Source: Candidatus Krumholzibacteriales bacterium (GTDB lineage Bacteria; Krumholzibacteriota; Krumholzibacteriia; Krumholzibacteriales; WJIX01). Taken from it: a DNA stretch of 64,000 nt. The notes under the pieces were generated by a model. It was not told the origin of the DNA, ran no database searches, and worked only from the letters and a program-made list of their open reading frames with translations. The DNA lies in NCBI GenBank assembly GCA_046483305.1, contig JAWODM010000024.1:1-64000 (forward strand). The letters are read 5' to 3'. The translations under genes were made by a program, and so were the position numbers. Each line of letters opens with the position of its first letter. The stretch's first letter is position 1. Shown one piece after another: positions 1 through 9,247 of this stretch.

Positions 1-40
1 TCTCCTCCTGGCTCCTGGCTCCTGGCTCGGTTTCGATCGC

Positions 41-307
41 GTGACCGAGGCCCTCTTTTTCGGCTCCCTGATCCCGCTGGCCCTCAGCAGCAGATCAGGT
101 ATCATACTCCCCTTCATATACGGGGCCGGGACCGCCCTTCCGGTTTTCGTCTTTGCCGCCGGCCTGGCCCTGGGCATAAAATCGGTATCCGAATGGTTCA
201 CCAGGATCTCGGGGATCGAAAGGTACATGCGCAAGGTCACCGGGGCGATATTCATCGGCGCCGGGCTGTACTATATATGGAACTACCTGCTGCCGGGACT
301 GCCCTGA
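41..307 (+). CDS. C-terminal part of an ArsG-like / DsbD-CcdA-type membrane transporter (5' truncated at window edge)
   Basis: ALFFGSLIPLA...LPFIYGAGTALPV...RKVTGAIFIGAGLYY resembles the C-terminal TM helices of ArsG-family permeases; the upstream FCP motif is absent. Confidence 0.6.
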   Translation: MTEALFFGSLIPLALSSRSGIILPFIYGAGTALPVFVFAAGLALGIKSVSEWFTRISGIERYMRKVTGAIFIGAGLYYIWNYLLPGLP

Positions 308-392
308 AGCTGAAAGCGGGGGGCCGGTCCGGCATCCCGGGTCTATCAAATCAGGCAAGATCAAGAATTTTTTTGAGAACAGGCAGCTTTAA

Positions 393-454
393 CGCCGTAT
401 GACGGAGTTATCGTCATATGGCATGCCAAATGACGACGAAAGCGTCATATGGCA
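393..454. repeat. Two tandem 31-bp palindromic units (four alternating 12-bp YGYCR-NN-TGRCR boxes)
   Basis: CGCCGTATGACG(393)-N7-CGTCATATGGCA(412); TGCCAAATGACG(424)-N7-CGTCATATGGCA(443). Confidence 0.8.
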
Positions 455-474
455 TGAGCCCCCGGCTGGCCGGG

Positions 475-1707
475 TCAGTAATAGTACCTCATACTGAAAT
501 AGATCACCCTGCCGTATTCGCCGAACTCCGAAGCCGCTCCGGCCGCCTGCCCGGAACTCTCCCCGAACCCCAGGTACCCTCCCCCGCCGAGGTAGATGTT
601 CTTTCCGATATTGTACTCCAGCGCCGGGGCGAACAGGACCGAGCCGTCGGCAAGATTTATGAAGAACTGGCCGGTCCCCGAAATAAGGGGGGTGAACTGC
701 CAGGTGACCGCCGGCAGGAGGTAATGCCTTCCCATCAGAAAGACACCGCTCTCTCCGTAGGCGGGGTGGCTGTTGATATTGGAATAATAATCTTTTCTTT
801 CGCCCGCTCCGGCCCCGTTGTAGTGATACTCGCACCAGGTGTACATCCTGGCCTGAAAGAACGACCTGTCCCACCCGGCCACCAGCCGGACGAACTCTTC
901 GAGGGCGAAATCGTTCTCCACCCGGTTATAGGCGGCCTCCAGCCATACCCCGGAGCCCCCCACCGAGCGGGCGGCGTCCAGCCCGGCCAGGAAGTTTTCG
1001 CGGTAGATGATAACGGTGGCCGAAAAGTCGGTCCTGGCCAGGTAGGTCCTGCCCCGCAGGTAGGCGGCAGAATTCTCCGCCTCCGCGTCCTCTCCCGGTA
1101 TGACCCCGGCGTCGATTTCGCTCATCACGCCCAGCGGATAGATCGCCCTGAGAGCGTCCAGCCCCACCCGCTCCTCCCGGTCCAGCTCGTCGAACCGGAA
1201 GGGGGCCAGAACATCGGTGGGATTTACCGTCTTGCCGGCGCCCCAGCCGAACGGCTGCCTTCCCAGGTACAGGTCCAGCGGCCCGCTCCAGGCTATATAG
1301 AACCTGTCCAGGTTCTGGTTCAATCTCAGGGAACCGGGGTCATTGCCTGGAGCGGGGTATATCCGGGAGCGGATATCGTCTATCCGGTAACCGGACTGCG
1401 AGGTGCTGATATTAAGAAGCTGGCCCAGGGAGCTTTCCAGGACGTTCGCCGAGGCGGTGTAGGAGGCGAACAGCTTCAGGCCCCGGTTCAGGTCCGCGGC
1501 GCCGTCGATCCTCAGCCGGGTGGTGTTGGCTCCCAGCAGGCCACCGCCGGCTCTTCCATACGAAAGATACTGCGGCGGTTCTATATTCATCTGAAAGTTC
1601 TTGAAGTAACCGTCGATCTCGATACCGGCGGCAAAGAGGGATACGGCCGGAAAAATCGCCATCAGGAACAGCAGCCAGAAACTTAAAGCTCTATTCCTCA
1701 TCTTCAT
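475..1707 (-). CDS. Putative outer-membrane beta-barrel protein associated with the ABC operon
   Basis: Signal peptide; GRQPFGWG..NPTDVLAPF..DREER.G.DA motif; aromatic C-terminus (RYYY); last gene of the operon. Confidence 0.65.
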   Translation of the reverse strand: MKMRNRALSFWLLFLMAIFPAVSLFAAGIEIDGYFKNFQMNIEPPQYLSYGRAGGGLLGANTTRLRIDGAADLNRGLKLFASYTASANVLESSLGQLLNISTSQSGYRIDDIRSRIYPAPGNDPGSLRLNQNLDRFYIAWSGPLDLYLGRQPFGWGAGKTVNPTDVLAPFRFDELDREERVGLDALRAIYPLGVMSEIDAGVIPGEDAEAENSAAYLRGRTYLARTDFSATVIIYRENFLAGLDAARSVGGSGVWLEAAYNRVENDFALEEFVRLVAGWDRSFFQARMYTWCEYHYNGAGAGERKDYYSNINSHPAYGESGVFLMGRHYLLPAVTWQFTPLISGTGQFFINLADGSVLFAPALEYNIGKNIYLGGGGYLGFGESSGQAAGAASEFGEYGRVIYFSMRYYY

Positions 1708-2428
1708 TCTTTCCGTCTATTCCCGGGATGTTCTTTTCGCTGCCGGTCTCGTCGGCGGTGATCTTTCCGTCTCTGAGGGTCAGCAGCCGCTCCGCGCGCT
1801 GCATTACCAGGGGGTCGTGGGTGGAGAATATGAAGGTCATCCCGGTATCCCTGTTCAGCTGGCGCATCATATCCAGAAGCTCTCCGCTGGTGGTGGAGTC
1901 CAGGTTGGCGGTCGGCTCGTCGGCCAGGATGATGTTCGGGCCGGCCGCCATCGCCCTGGCCACCGCTACCCTCTGCTTCTGCCCGCCGGACAGCATGGTC
2001 GGGCGGGTATCCGCCTTGTCCTCCAGCCCCACCATCTCCAGCAGCTCCATCACCCTCTCCCTTCTCCTGTGCTTTTCCACCCCCTGGAGGATCATCACGT
2101 ATTCGATATTCTCGGTGGCGGTGAGCACCGGTATCAGGTTGTAGGCCTGAAAGATGAACCCGATATGGTCCCGCCGGAAATCGGAGAGCTCTGTCCCGCT
2201 CATTTTCCCGATCTCCCTTCCGTCCAGAAATGCCCTGCCGGCGGTGGGGGTGTCCAGACCGGAGATCAGGTTCAGGAAGGTGGTCTTGCCCGAACCGGAG
2301 GGCCCCACTATGGCGGCGAACTCCCCTTTCTCTATCTTCAGGTCGATCCCCCGGACCGCCCTGACCTCCACTCCGTCCTGATAGGTTTTCTCCAGCCCTT
2401 CGGCTACAATCAGATCACTGCTTTCCAT
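1691..2428 (-). CDS. ABC transporter ATP-binding protein, LolD/MacB family
   Basis: GPSGSGKT, LSGGQKQRVAVARA, ILADEPTANLD, STHD. Confidence 0.95.
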   Translation of the reverse strand: MESSDLIVAEGLEKTYQDGVEVRAVRGIDLKIEKGEFAAIVGPSGSGKTTFLNLISGLDTPTAGRAFLDGREIGKMSGTELSDFRRDHIGFIFQAYNLIPVLTATENIEYVMILQGVEKHRRRERVMELLEMVGLEDKADTRPTMLSGGQKQRVAVARAMAAGPNIILADEPTANLDSTTSGELLDMMRQLNRDTGMTFIFSTHDPLVMQRAERLLTLRDGKITADETGSEKNIPGIDGKNEDEE

Positions 2429-2446
2429 CTTTCCTCCTGATCCTCA

Positions 2447-3676
2447 TTATAATTCCTTTGACAGCGCCCGCGCCGGGTTAAGCCGGGCTGCGTGCACCGC
2501 CGGGTAAAGCGATATCAGAAATGTGCATATCATGAATCCGGCCGAGTACTTTATGAACGGCTCGGCCTCCAGTACCGGGTATATATCGGTGGTAACCGTC
2601 ACATTCAGAAATTCCACACCCTCGCCGCCCAGGCCCAGCCCTATCTCCCCGAACAGGAGGGTGACCAGAAGCCCCAGCGCGGAGCCGGCTATCACACCCG
2701 CCACCGCCAGGGAGAGAGATTCCAGAACTATCAGCCTCCCCATCTGCACGGACCTGGTCCCCTGGGCCAGCAGGACTCCGAACTCGAAGGTTCTCTCGTA
2801 CAGGGACATGAATATGGTGTTGAGAATAACGAAGGCGACCAGAACGAACATTATCAGCCCCACGAAAGATATGATGTTTTCGCTCATGGCGAAGGCGCTG
2901 ACCAGCTGGGGGGCCAGCTCCTGCCAGCTGAGCGCCTGGTTCCCGTGCCGGCTGTACTTTTCCCAGAAGAACAGGGACTGGTCCAGGCCGTATTCAATGG
3001 AGGTGAAATCAACCGCGATCTCGTGGCAGCTGCCGCCCAGGGCAAGCATCCGGCGGGATCTGCCGATACCGATCAGCGCCACCCCGCGGTTCATGTTCCG
3101 GTCTCCGGTGTCGAAGATACCGGATACCCTGCAGAGGGCCTGAGAGAGGTCTCCGCTGTGAGCCTCGCTGACGGTAACCACCACCGCGTCTCCGGCCTCC
3201 AGTCTCAGTATTTCGGCCAGTTTGGCTCCTATCACTATCCCGTTTCCGTCCCTGTCCGGCAGGTACTCCCCCTCCCTGATATGCTCGTCTATGGTGGAGA
3301 GGTTCCTTTCCTTCGCCGGGTCCACCCCGATAAGCTGAACCGAGGTGACATTGACCGGGGAGCTGACCATGGCGTGGGAGTATACCCTGGGGGAGTAATG
3401 GTTCACTATCTCCTCATTCTCCAGGCTGTCCGCCACCGCGGGGAAGCGGCTGATCACATCCTCCGTTTTCCCGGAGCTCCGGTAACCCTCCCGGTGGATC
3501 TGGGCGTCTCCGAGGAACGACTCGGTGGCGGTCCGGTACATATTATTCTTCATCCCGTAGAAAATGCCGTGATAGAAGATCATGGCGGCAAAACCGATGG
3601 ATATGGCGGTGGTGGAGACCAGGGTTCGGCCCCGGTTTCTGAAGAGATTGCGCCATGCCAGTTTAAGGAATACCAT
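2447..3676 (-). CDS. ABC permease, FtsX/MacB (LolC/E-like) family
   Basis: LAWRNLFRNRGRT N-terminus, periplasmic domain, ILNTIFMSLYERTFEFGVL, YPAVHAARLNP. Confidence 0.9.
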   Translation of the reverse strand: MVFLKLAWRNLFRNRGRTLVSTTAISIGFAAMIFYHGIFYGMKNNMYRTATESFLGDAQIHREGYRSSGKTEDVISRFPAVADSLENEEIVNHYSPRVYSHAMVSSPVNVTSVQLIGVDPAKERNLSTIDEHIREGEYLPDRDGNGIVIGAKLAEILRLEAGDAVVVTVSEAHSGDLSQALCRVSGIFDTGDRNMNRGVALIGIGRSRRMLALGGSCHEIAVDFTSIEYGLDQSLFFWEKYSRHGNQALSWQELAPQLVSAFAMSENIISFVGLIMFVLVAFVILNTIFMSLYERTFEFGVLLAQGTRSVQMGRLIVLESLSLAVAGVIAGSALGLLVTLLFGEIGLGLGGEGVEFLNVTVTTDIYPVLEAEPFIKYSAGFMICTFLISLYPAVHAARLNPARALSKEL

Positions 3677-3689
3677 GCCTCTTTCCGTT

Positions 3690-4904
3690 CTATTTGGCGC
3701 TCATCGCCCTGGCCGGGTCCACCCTGGCCGCCCTGGCTGCGGGATAAACCGCCACCAGCGCCGCGCTGATGAAAATAAGAACCAGCGGGACGTAGAACGC
3801 GGCGGGGAGGATCCTGCTCGGATACTCGCTGACCGTAATCCCGGCCACCGACATCTCCCCGAACCCGCTTATGCCGTTAATGCTGAAGTAGTAAAGAAGG
3901 GCCAGGGTTATCGCGGAGCCGGCGATTGAAGAGGCCAGGGCTATGGTTCCTATCTCCAGGTATATCATCCGCACTATCTGCCAGGGCCTGGTACCCAGCG
4001 CCTTCATCACCCCGTACTCCTTTCTGCGCTCCATCACCGACATCAGGACGGTGTTCAGAACCCCCACCGCCACTATTATTACTATGATAGCGTATGAATA
4101 ATACGCCCCCGCCTTGTCCGACTTCATGGACCGGTAGAACACCGGGTTTATTTCCGGCCATTCGGCCACGTCCAGCTCCCGGCCTTTCAGTTCTTCCCTG
4201 AGCCTCTCAGCCGCCGGATGAACCTGGTCCAGGGCGCGGCACACCACCAGAATCTCGTGGATCCTGCCTTCCAGGGCGAACAGGCTCTGGGCGTCGCGGA
4301 TATGCATGTATACGGAGGCCCGGTCGTTGGCCTGGTTCCCGCTGGAGTATAAACCCCTTATCCGGTATATCCCGGAGGCCATGGAGCCGTCCGCCGCCTG
4401 GGAAATAATTATCAGGGAATCGCCGGCGCCGGCCTCCAGAGCCTCCGCCAGCCGCCCCCCCAGCAGAACCGACCGGTCAGGGGAATCTCCCAGTGGCTCG
4501 CCCTTCTCTATCCTGCCGTTGAACCCGGTGGCGCTGTTCTCTTCCTCCGGCTCTATCCCCACTATCTGCACGCCGGCGGTATTCTCTCCAACCGAGCCCA
4601 GGCCGGAAGTTATCACCCTTGGCGCCGCTCCCTCCACCCCCTTGGCGGAGCGGACCTTTTCAATCACCCGGCCGTAGTTGTCAATGGTCTTGTACAGGCC
4701 CGGCCTTTCCAGGTAATCCCCCCTGTGGACCTGTATATGGCCGGTCCAGGTCCTGGTGAATTTATTGATCATGTAGTCGTAGGCGCCCTCGGTCCATCCG
4801 ATGGTGAATCCGCAGAGGACAAACCCGCCGATCATCATCAGCATGGTGAACATGGTCCTGCGCTTCTGGCGCAGGGTATTCCTGAGTGAGTACTTATACA
4901 GCAC
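3690..4904 (-). CDS. ABC permease, FtsX/MacB (LolC/E-like) family
   Basis: RNTLRQKRRT, VLNTVLMSVMERRKEYGVMKALG, YPAARAARVDP. Confidence 0.9.
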   Translation of the reverse strand: MLYKYSLRNTLRQKRRTMFTMLMMIGGFVLCGFTIGWTEGAYDYMINKFTRTWTGHIQVHRGDYLERPGLYKTIDNYGRVIEKVRSAKGVEGAAPRVITSGLGSVGENTAGVQIVGIEPEEENSATGFNGRIEKGEPLGDSPDRSVLLGGRLAEALEAGAGDSLIIISQAADGSMASGIYRIRGLYSSGNQANDRASVYMHIRDAQSLFALEGRIHEILVVCRALDQVHPAAERLREELKGRELDVAEWPEINPVFYRSMKSDKAGAYYSYAIIVIIVAVGVLNTVLMSVMERRKEYGVMKALGTRPWQIVRMIYLEIGTIALASSIAGSAITLALLYYFSINGISGFGEMSVAGITVSEYPSRILPAAFYVPLVLIFISAALVAVYPAARAARVDPARAMSAK

Positions 4905-4914
4905 GGCAGCTCTC

Positions 4915-5670
4915 CTACCTGCGCTTTCTCAGATTCCTGAGGGTGAATATATCCCCGCCCAGCTCCACGTCGAAATCTATCTCCAGGTATTCGACGGTGG
5001 TCCGGTGCCCCTCCTTCTCCCCGGAGAGGGGGATCATGGTCATCCGGGCCGGGATCTTCTTTCCGTCCATAACCCTTACCTTGCCGTACAGCATCTTCTT
5101 CATCACCCGGTCCTTTTCATCCACGAACCTCTGTTCCACCGGAAGACAGTTATCCCGGTCCACTATCATCACCAGTTTCTTCCAGACCGTTACCACCCCC
5201 TCTTTCGGTACCAGCTCCAGATACATCAGGCCGGGCTCGGCGCCGGGAGGGTGGAACTCGCTGTAGCTGTAATCAGTGATGAAGGAGGATTCCCTTACGA
5301 TATCGTCGTTGGTAAAATCGCTTCCCATCCAGTTGGCCATCATCATGGAGGGCGGTATCTTGATAACCTTGTTGATATTGGGCATGTAGTTCCACATCTC
5401 ATTTTCTATCTTCAGGGTGGCGGTCCCCTTCTCCTTCTCCGGCTTCCGGACTACAATCAGCATCTTTTCCATCCCCGCACTCCAGAAATCCATCACCAGC
5501 ATCCTCTCCCAGTGGGGGTTCACTATGGTCATCTTCATCCTGCCCCTGCTGGAGCTGCTCCGGTACAGGCGGTCCAGCTTCTCTATCACCTCGTCCACAT
5601 CGGATCCCGGCGCCGCCGATGAGGCGGCCAGGATAACAACCGCCGTTATGGCTACCGATAACTTTTTCAT
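4915..5670 (-). CDS. LolA-like outer membrane lipoprotein-sorting protein
   Basis: Signal peptide; PEKEKGTATLK..NEMWNYMP..KIPPSMMMANWMGSDFTNDD; FTLRNL C-terminus. Confidence 0.85.
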   Translation of the reverse strand: MKKLSVAITAVVILAASSAAPGSDVDEVIEKLDRLYRSSSSRGRMKMTIVNPHWERMLVMDFWSAGMEKMLIVVRKPEKEKGTATLKIENEMWNYMPNINKVIKIPPSMMMANWMGSDFTNDDIVRESSFITDYSYSEFHPPGAEPGLMYLELVPKEGVVTVWKKLVMIVDRDNCLPVEQRFVDEKDRVMKKMLYGKVRVMDGKKIPARMTMIPLSGEKEGHRTTVEYLEIDFDVELGGDIFTLRNLRKRR

Positions 5671-5710
5671 CCTGCCCCCCCTTTCTGGGATTTGCCCCTA
5701 TCTATGACAT

Positions 5711-5726
5711 TGCAAACATCCTGCCC
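5711..5726 (-). promoter_or_regulatory. Candidate sigma54 (-24/-12) promoter of the LolA-like ABC operon
   Basis: Minus strand GGGCAGGATGTTTGCA has exact GG-N10-GC spacing (2 mismatches to TGGCACG-N4-TTGCW), about 40 nt before the ATG at 5670. Confidence 0.45.
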
Positions 5727-5777
5727 GGCTTATGGCATATACAAAATTAATCTGTTTCCGGCGACCGCCCCCCCGGT

Positions 5778-6353
5778 TTAGGAACCGGGAGAATTCTCTC
5801 CCCTGAGCCGGCCCGAGGTGGAATATTCCTCGCTCGCGAAGTCGATATCTTTCCACTCCTTGAGGGTCCACTTCGGCTGGCCTGACCTGATGAAGGTGAA
5901 CCTGGCTATTCCCGCGTAGCTCGGCTCCCCCTCCAGGGTGATCAGGTATTCGCCCTCCACCCAGGGCTCGTCCCCCTCCAGGTTAACCTGGTCGAAGTCG
6001 CCGTTCTCGTCCCCGAACCTGATGGACCTGGCTTCGGCATAATCACTCTTGATCTTGTTGAGGAAGTCCAGCTCCTTTTCCTTGCCCCAGTCCTGGAATT
6101 CGCCGGGGAATTGATTTTCGACCTGGGCGGTTGGAACAAACAGAAAGTCGTCGGATAGAGACCTCTCGTAGTTCGAGTTGGCCAGCTCCGCGAATCCGGA
6201 CGAAAGGTTCACGAAGACATCGGTGGGCTCTTCCACCGCAACCCAGGTATCCTCCTCGCCCCCCCCCGGTTCCACCGGGTCCCTGGGCTCGAAAATGCAC
6301 CCGGCTGCCGCGGCCGCCAGAATGATAATCCATACTATCGCTGCTCTCTTCAT
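5778..6353 (-). CDS. Hypothetical lipoprotein
   Basis: MKRAAIVWIIILAAAAAG-C lipobox; GGAG RBS. Confidence 0.75.
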   Translation of the reverse strand: MKRAAIVWIIILAAAAAGCIFEPRDPVEPGGGEEDTWVAVEEPTDVFVNLSSGFAELANSNYERSLSDDFLFVPTAQVENQFPGEFQDWGKEKELDFLNKIKSDYAEARSIRFGDENGDFDQVNLEGDEPWVEGEYLITLEGEPSYAGIARFTFIRSGQPKWTLKEWKDIDFASEEYSTSGRLRGENSPGS

Positions 6354-6361
6354 GATATCTC

Positions 6362-8299
6362 CTAAAACTGATACGACAGGCTCATCTGAGCGTCGACGTA
6401 TTCCTTCATCTCCTTGGTGATCCTTTCACCGAAGTTCCTTATGTAATATAAGTCCAGGTCGAGGCTCGCTCCAAACATTACATCCTTCTTCCCCTTGACC
6501 CCGATCCGGAAGGTTCCCGACTCGTAGGTCCTGGAACCGGTTACGACTCTAACGCCATCCTCCACTCCCAGCGAATTGCTCTCCCTGAACCGCAGGGTGT
6601 TATCCGTTGAAAATCTCAGGTAATCGACCGGAAGGTAGTTCATCTTCAGCCGGAACTCGTGCCTGAGATCCTCGCTGGAGCGGTTGTATCTCCGCTCCCC
6701 TTCGAAGTCGAGGTAACTCCCCGTGTCCCTCATATTATACCTGTGGTTGAAGCCGAAACTGATTTTCTTTCCGGGAAAGCTCACCCCCGCGTCCGTTTCC
6801 ACTCCCACGGTTCTGTCTATGAAATTACGGTTCTCGTCGAAAGTGTATTCGGTGTACTCTATCTTTACCTCGTACCTCTGGGTAAGGTCCAGCCACTCCC
6901 GGGGCCTGATCATTATCACCGGAAGAAGCCGGTAGATGTACCTGGCCCGGTTATCGCTGGAGAGCGACGCGTCTATATTAATTATATCATACTTGCTCGC
7001 TTCGATATCCACAGTGGTCTCCACCGCCCCGAACGGTTCCGCCTCCAGAGAGGCCCTGCCCCCGAAGTAGAGATTGTCCACGTCCCTGGGGTTTTCCTCG
7101 TACTTCTTGTAGAACCTCTGCTTCAGGTAGGTCTGCCCGCTGAGGCTGATCTTAAAATCCTCTCCCAGGCTCTGGGAAGCGTTGAACATTACCCTCTCCT
7201 CGTCCTCCCGGTATGCCGATACCGACGTGGGCCCGTAATCGACATCCATGGTCTTCTTCGACACGACAACGCTGGCGTTGCCGCGGGCACTGAACCTGTA
7301 TTCGGTCCGGGCGGAGAGATTGTCTGTTTCCTGAGTCTTGGAAAGCCGCTGGTCCACCAGGTAGTTATTATCCTCCAGTCTGTGATCGAAATTTATCCTC
7401 ACGGTTACATCGCCGGTGGGCATATATGCCGAGGTCACATTGAGATTCTCGCTTAATATCTTGATTATATCCTTCTTGGCCAGTTCCGGGTTGTCGATTA
7501 CCTGCAGGGCGTTTCCCCTGGGAGGCTCTACCCTGTTAATCTCGCCCTGGGTCTTCTGGTATGAAACCTTCAGGAATTCCTGGTCATTCTTCCGGTACCC
7601 CGAATTGAAGGTGAGAGTATCAATGGAGGTGGGCATCGATTCATAATACAGGTAACTTATCCGGCTGTCCTCGCTGGAGGCCAGTTTCCCGTAGTTTCCG
7701 GATATGGAGAGGTGCTCTCCCAGGTTGTAAGAAAGTTTGCCGCTTGCCTTCAGCGAAAACTTTTTGTCGTATTTGAAATCGTGCATCCCCTCATTGTATT
7801 CCCCGTAAATATCCAGGTTTGAGCTGCCGGCGGAGAAGAGAGGTTCAAAGTAACTGAAGGAGGCCGAAACCTTCTTGTCCTCGTAAACAATATCCTTGCC
7901 GAAACGGGCTATGGAAACCGACTGGGTAGCCCTGTAATCGTCGGAGGCGGTAAATGAAATATTATATACCCCCTCCTCCTGCCTGACTCCGGAGAGGAAC
8001 AACGATTCGTTGACGTCGGTCATATCCCTGGTCTTATACGATCTCTTGCTCACCGATATCCTGGAATTCAAAAGCATACCACCGCCCGGGTCAACCCGCA
8101 CATTCATTTTGCTGCCCATGGAGGTGAACATCTTGTCGGTTGTGGTGTTAAAAGACCATACCGGCACAAGCAGCCTGGTCTCGGTGGAATCAGAGCCTGT
8201 GGCAACCGTGGGGGCGCCGGGCTGCTGCCCGGCCGCGGGGACGGCGAGCAGGCACAGCGAAGCGGCGGCCAGCCCTGATATCAACCTAACAAGTTTCAT
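6362..8299 (-). CDS. Hypothetical large outer-membrane beta-barrel protein
   Basis: Signal peptide from MKLVRL (start 8299); amphipathic beta-strands; C-terminal LSYQF beta-signal. Confidence 0.65.
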   Translation of the reverse strand: MKLVRLISGLAAASLCLLAVPAAGQQPGAPTVATGSDSTETRLLVPVWSFNTTTDKMFTSMGSKMNVRVDPGGGMLLNSRISVSKRSYKTRDMTDVNESLFLSGVRQEEGVYNISFTASDDYRATQSVSIARFGKDIVYEDKKVSASFSYFEPLFSAGSSNLDIYGEYNEGMHDFKYDKKFSLKASGKLSYNLGEHLSISGNYGKLASSEDSRISYLYYESMPTSIDTLTFNSGYRKNDQEFLKVSYQKTQGEINRVEPPRGNALQVIDNPELAKKDIIKILSENLNVTSAYMPTGDVTVRINFDHRLEDNNYLVDQRLSKTQETDNLSARTEYRFSARGNASVVVSKKTMDVDYGPTSVSAYREDEERVMFNASQSLGEDFKISLSGQTYLKQRFYKKYEENPRDVDNLYFGGRASLEAEPFGAVETTVDIEASKYDIINIDASLSSDNRARYIYRLLPVIMIRPREWLDLTQRYEVKIEYTEYTFDENRNFIDRTVGVETDAGVSFPGKKISFGFNHRYNMRDTGSYLDFEGERRYNRSSEDLRHEFRLKMNYLPVDYLRFSTDNTLRFRESNSLGVEDGVRVVTGSRTYESGTFRIGVKGKKDVMFGASLDLDLYYIRNFGERITKEMKEYVDAQMSLSYQF

Positions 8300-9110
8300 T
8301 AAGCCCTGCAGTGTCATTAAAGGATTCAAAAATCCTGAACCATTCTTCCAGATTCAGGTTTTCGGCTCTTCTGTTCATATCTACGCCCGTCTGTTTCTCC
8401 AGCTCCCGCTGAATCCTTCTCTTCTGCTGAGCGCCGGAATCCAGCAGAGAATTTCTCAGCTTCTTCCTTCTCTTTGAAAAAGCTTTCTTCAGAAAGCGCA
8501 GAAACAGTTCTCTGTCTTCAGGAGCGTTCTCCAGCTTCAGGGGGTAAAACCTGCATACGGTGCTGTCCACCGCCGGCCGGGGATAAAACGAACCGGCCCC
8601 CACATCCATTACCTTCTCCGCCTTCAGGTAACTCCGCAGATAAATGGTAAGCACTCCGCAGTTCCTGCTTCCGGGCTCCTCCAGAATCCTTTCCGCCACC
8701 TCCTTCTGGACCATGATAACAGAACACAGCGCTCTATCCGACTCCGGAAGCTTTAACAGTATGCTGCTGGTCAGCATATACGGGATATTTCCTATGATCT
8801 TGCAGCTGGGCTTTCCTCTTCTGCGGGCCTCCCGGTCGAAATCGATTTCCAGCACATCGGCATTTACTATCTCCACATTATCCGCTGCGGAGAACCGGAC
8901 GCTCAGCTCCTCGCAGAGATTCCGGTCTATCTCCAGAGAAACCGTGATGGCGCCGCTATCGGCCAGATGGGCGGTCAGGGCTCCCTTTCCGGCCCCGATC
9001 TCGAACACCAGCTCGCCCGGCTCCAGCCGGAGGGCATCTACTATCCTCAGGGCCGCGGAACTGTTAATCAGGTAGTTCTGGCCCAGACTCTTTTTTGCTC
9101 TTCCAGGCAT
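8286..9110 (-). CDS. rsmA: 16S rRNA m6(2)A dimethyltransferase
   Basis: AKKSLGQNYL, EIGAGKGALT, IGNIPY, MVQKEVAERI, FYPRPAVDS. Confidence 0.95.
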   Translation of the reverse strand: MPGRAKKSLGQNYLINSSAALRIVDALRLEPGELVFEIGAGKGALTAHLADSGAITVSLEIDRNLCEELSVRFSAADNVEIVNADVLEIDFDREARRRGKPSCKIIGNIPYMLTSSILLKLPESDRALCSVIMVQKEVAERILEEPGSRNCGVLTIYLRSYLKAEKVMDVGAGSFYPRPAVDSTVCRFYPLKLENAPEDRELFLRFLKKAFSKRRKKLRNSLLDSGAQQKRRIQRELEKQTGVDMNRRAENLNLEEWFRIFESFNDTAGLNETC

Positions 9111-9247
9111 GCTATCTCCAGCCCTGTTCGGCATCAGTTTCTTAACTATAATTTTAACATATTCAGCCGGTTCGGCAAATCACAGAAGCAGGCCGGGGCT
9201 TTCCGCAAGAACCGCCTCGGGGGTAAGCGCGCCGGGTTGCCGGGGAA

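Noticed and set aside
393..454. Possible mini-CRISPR
   Set aside because: Only two abutting units, no spacers and no cas genes
418..3769. Long plus-strand ORFs of 422 and 425 aa
   Set aside because: Antisense shadows of well-supported minus-strand genes; no motifs or RBS
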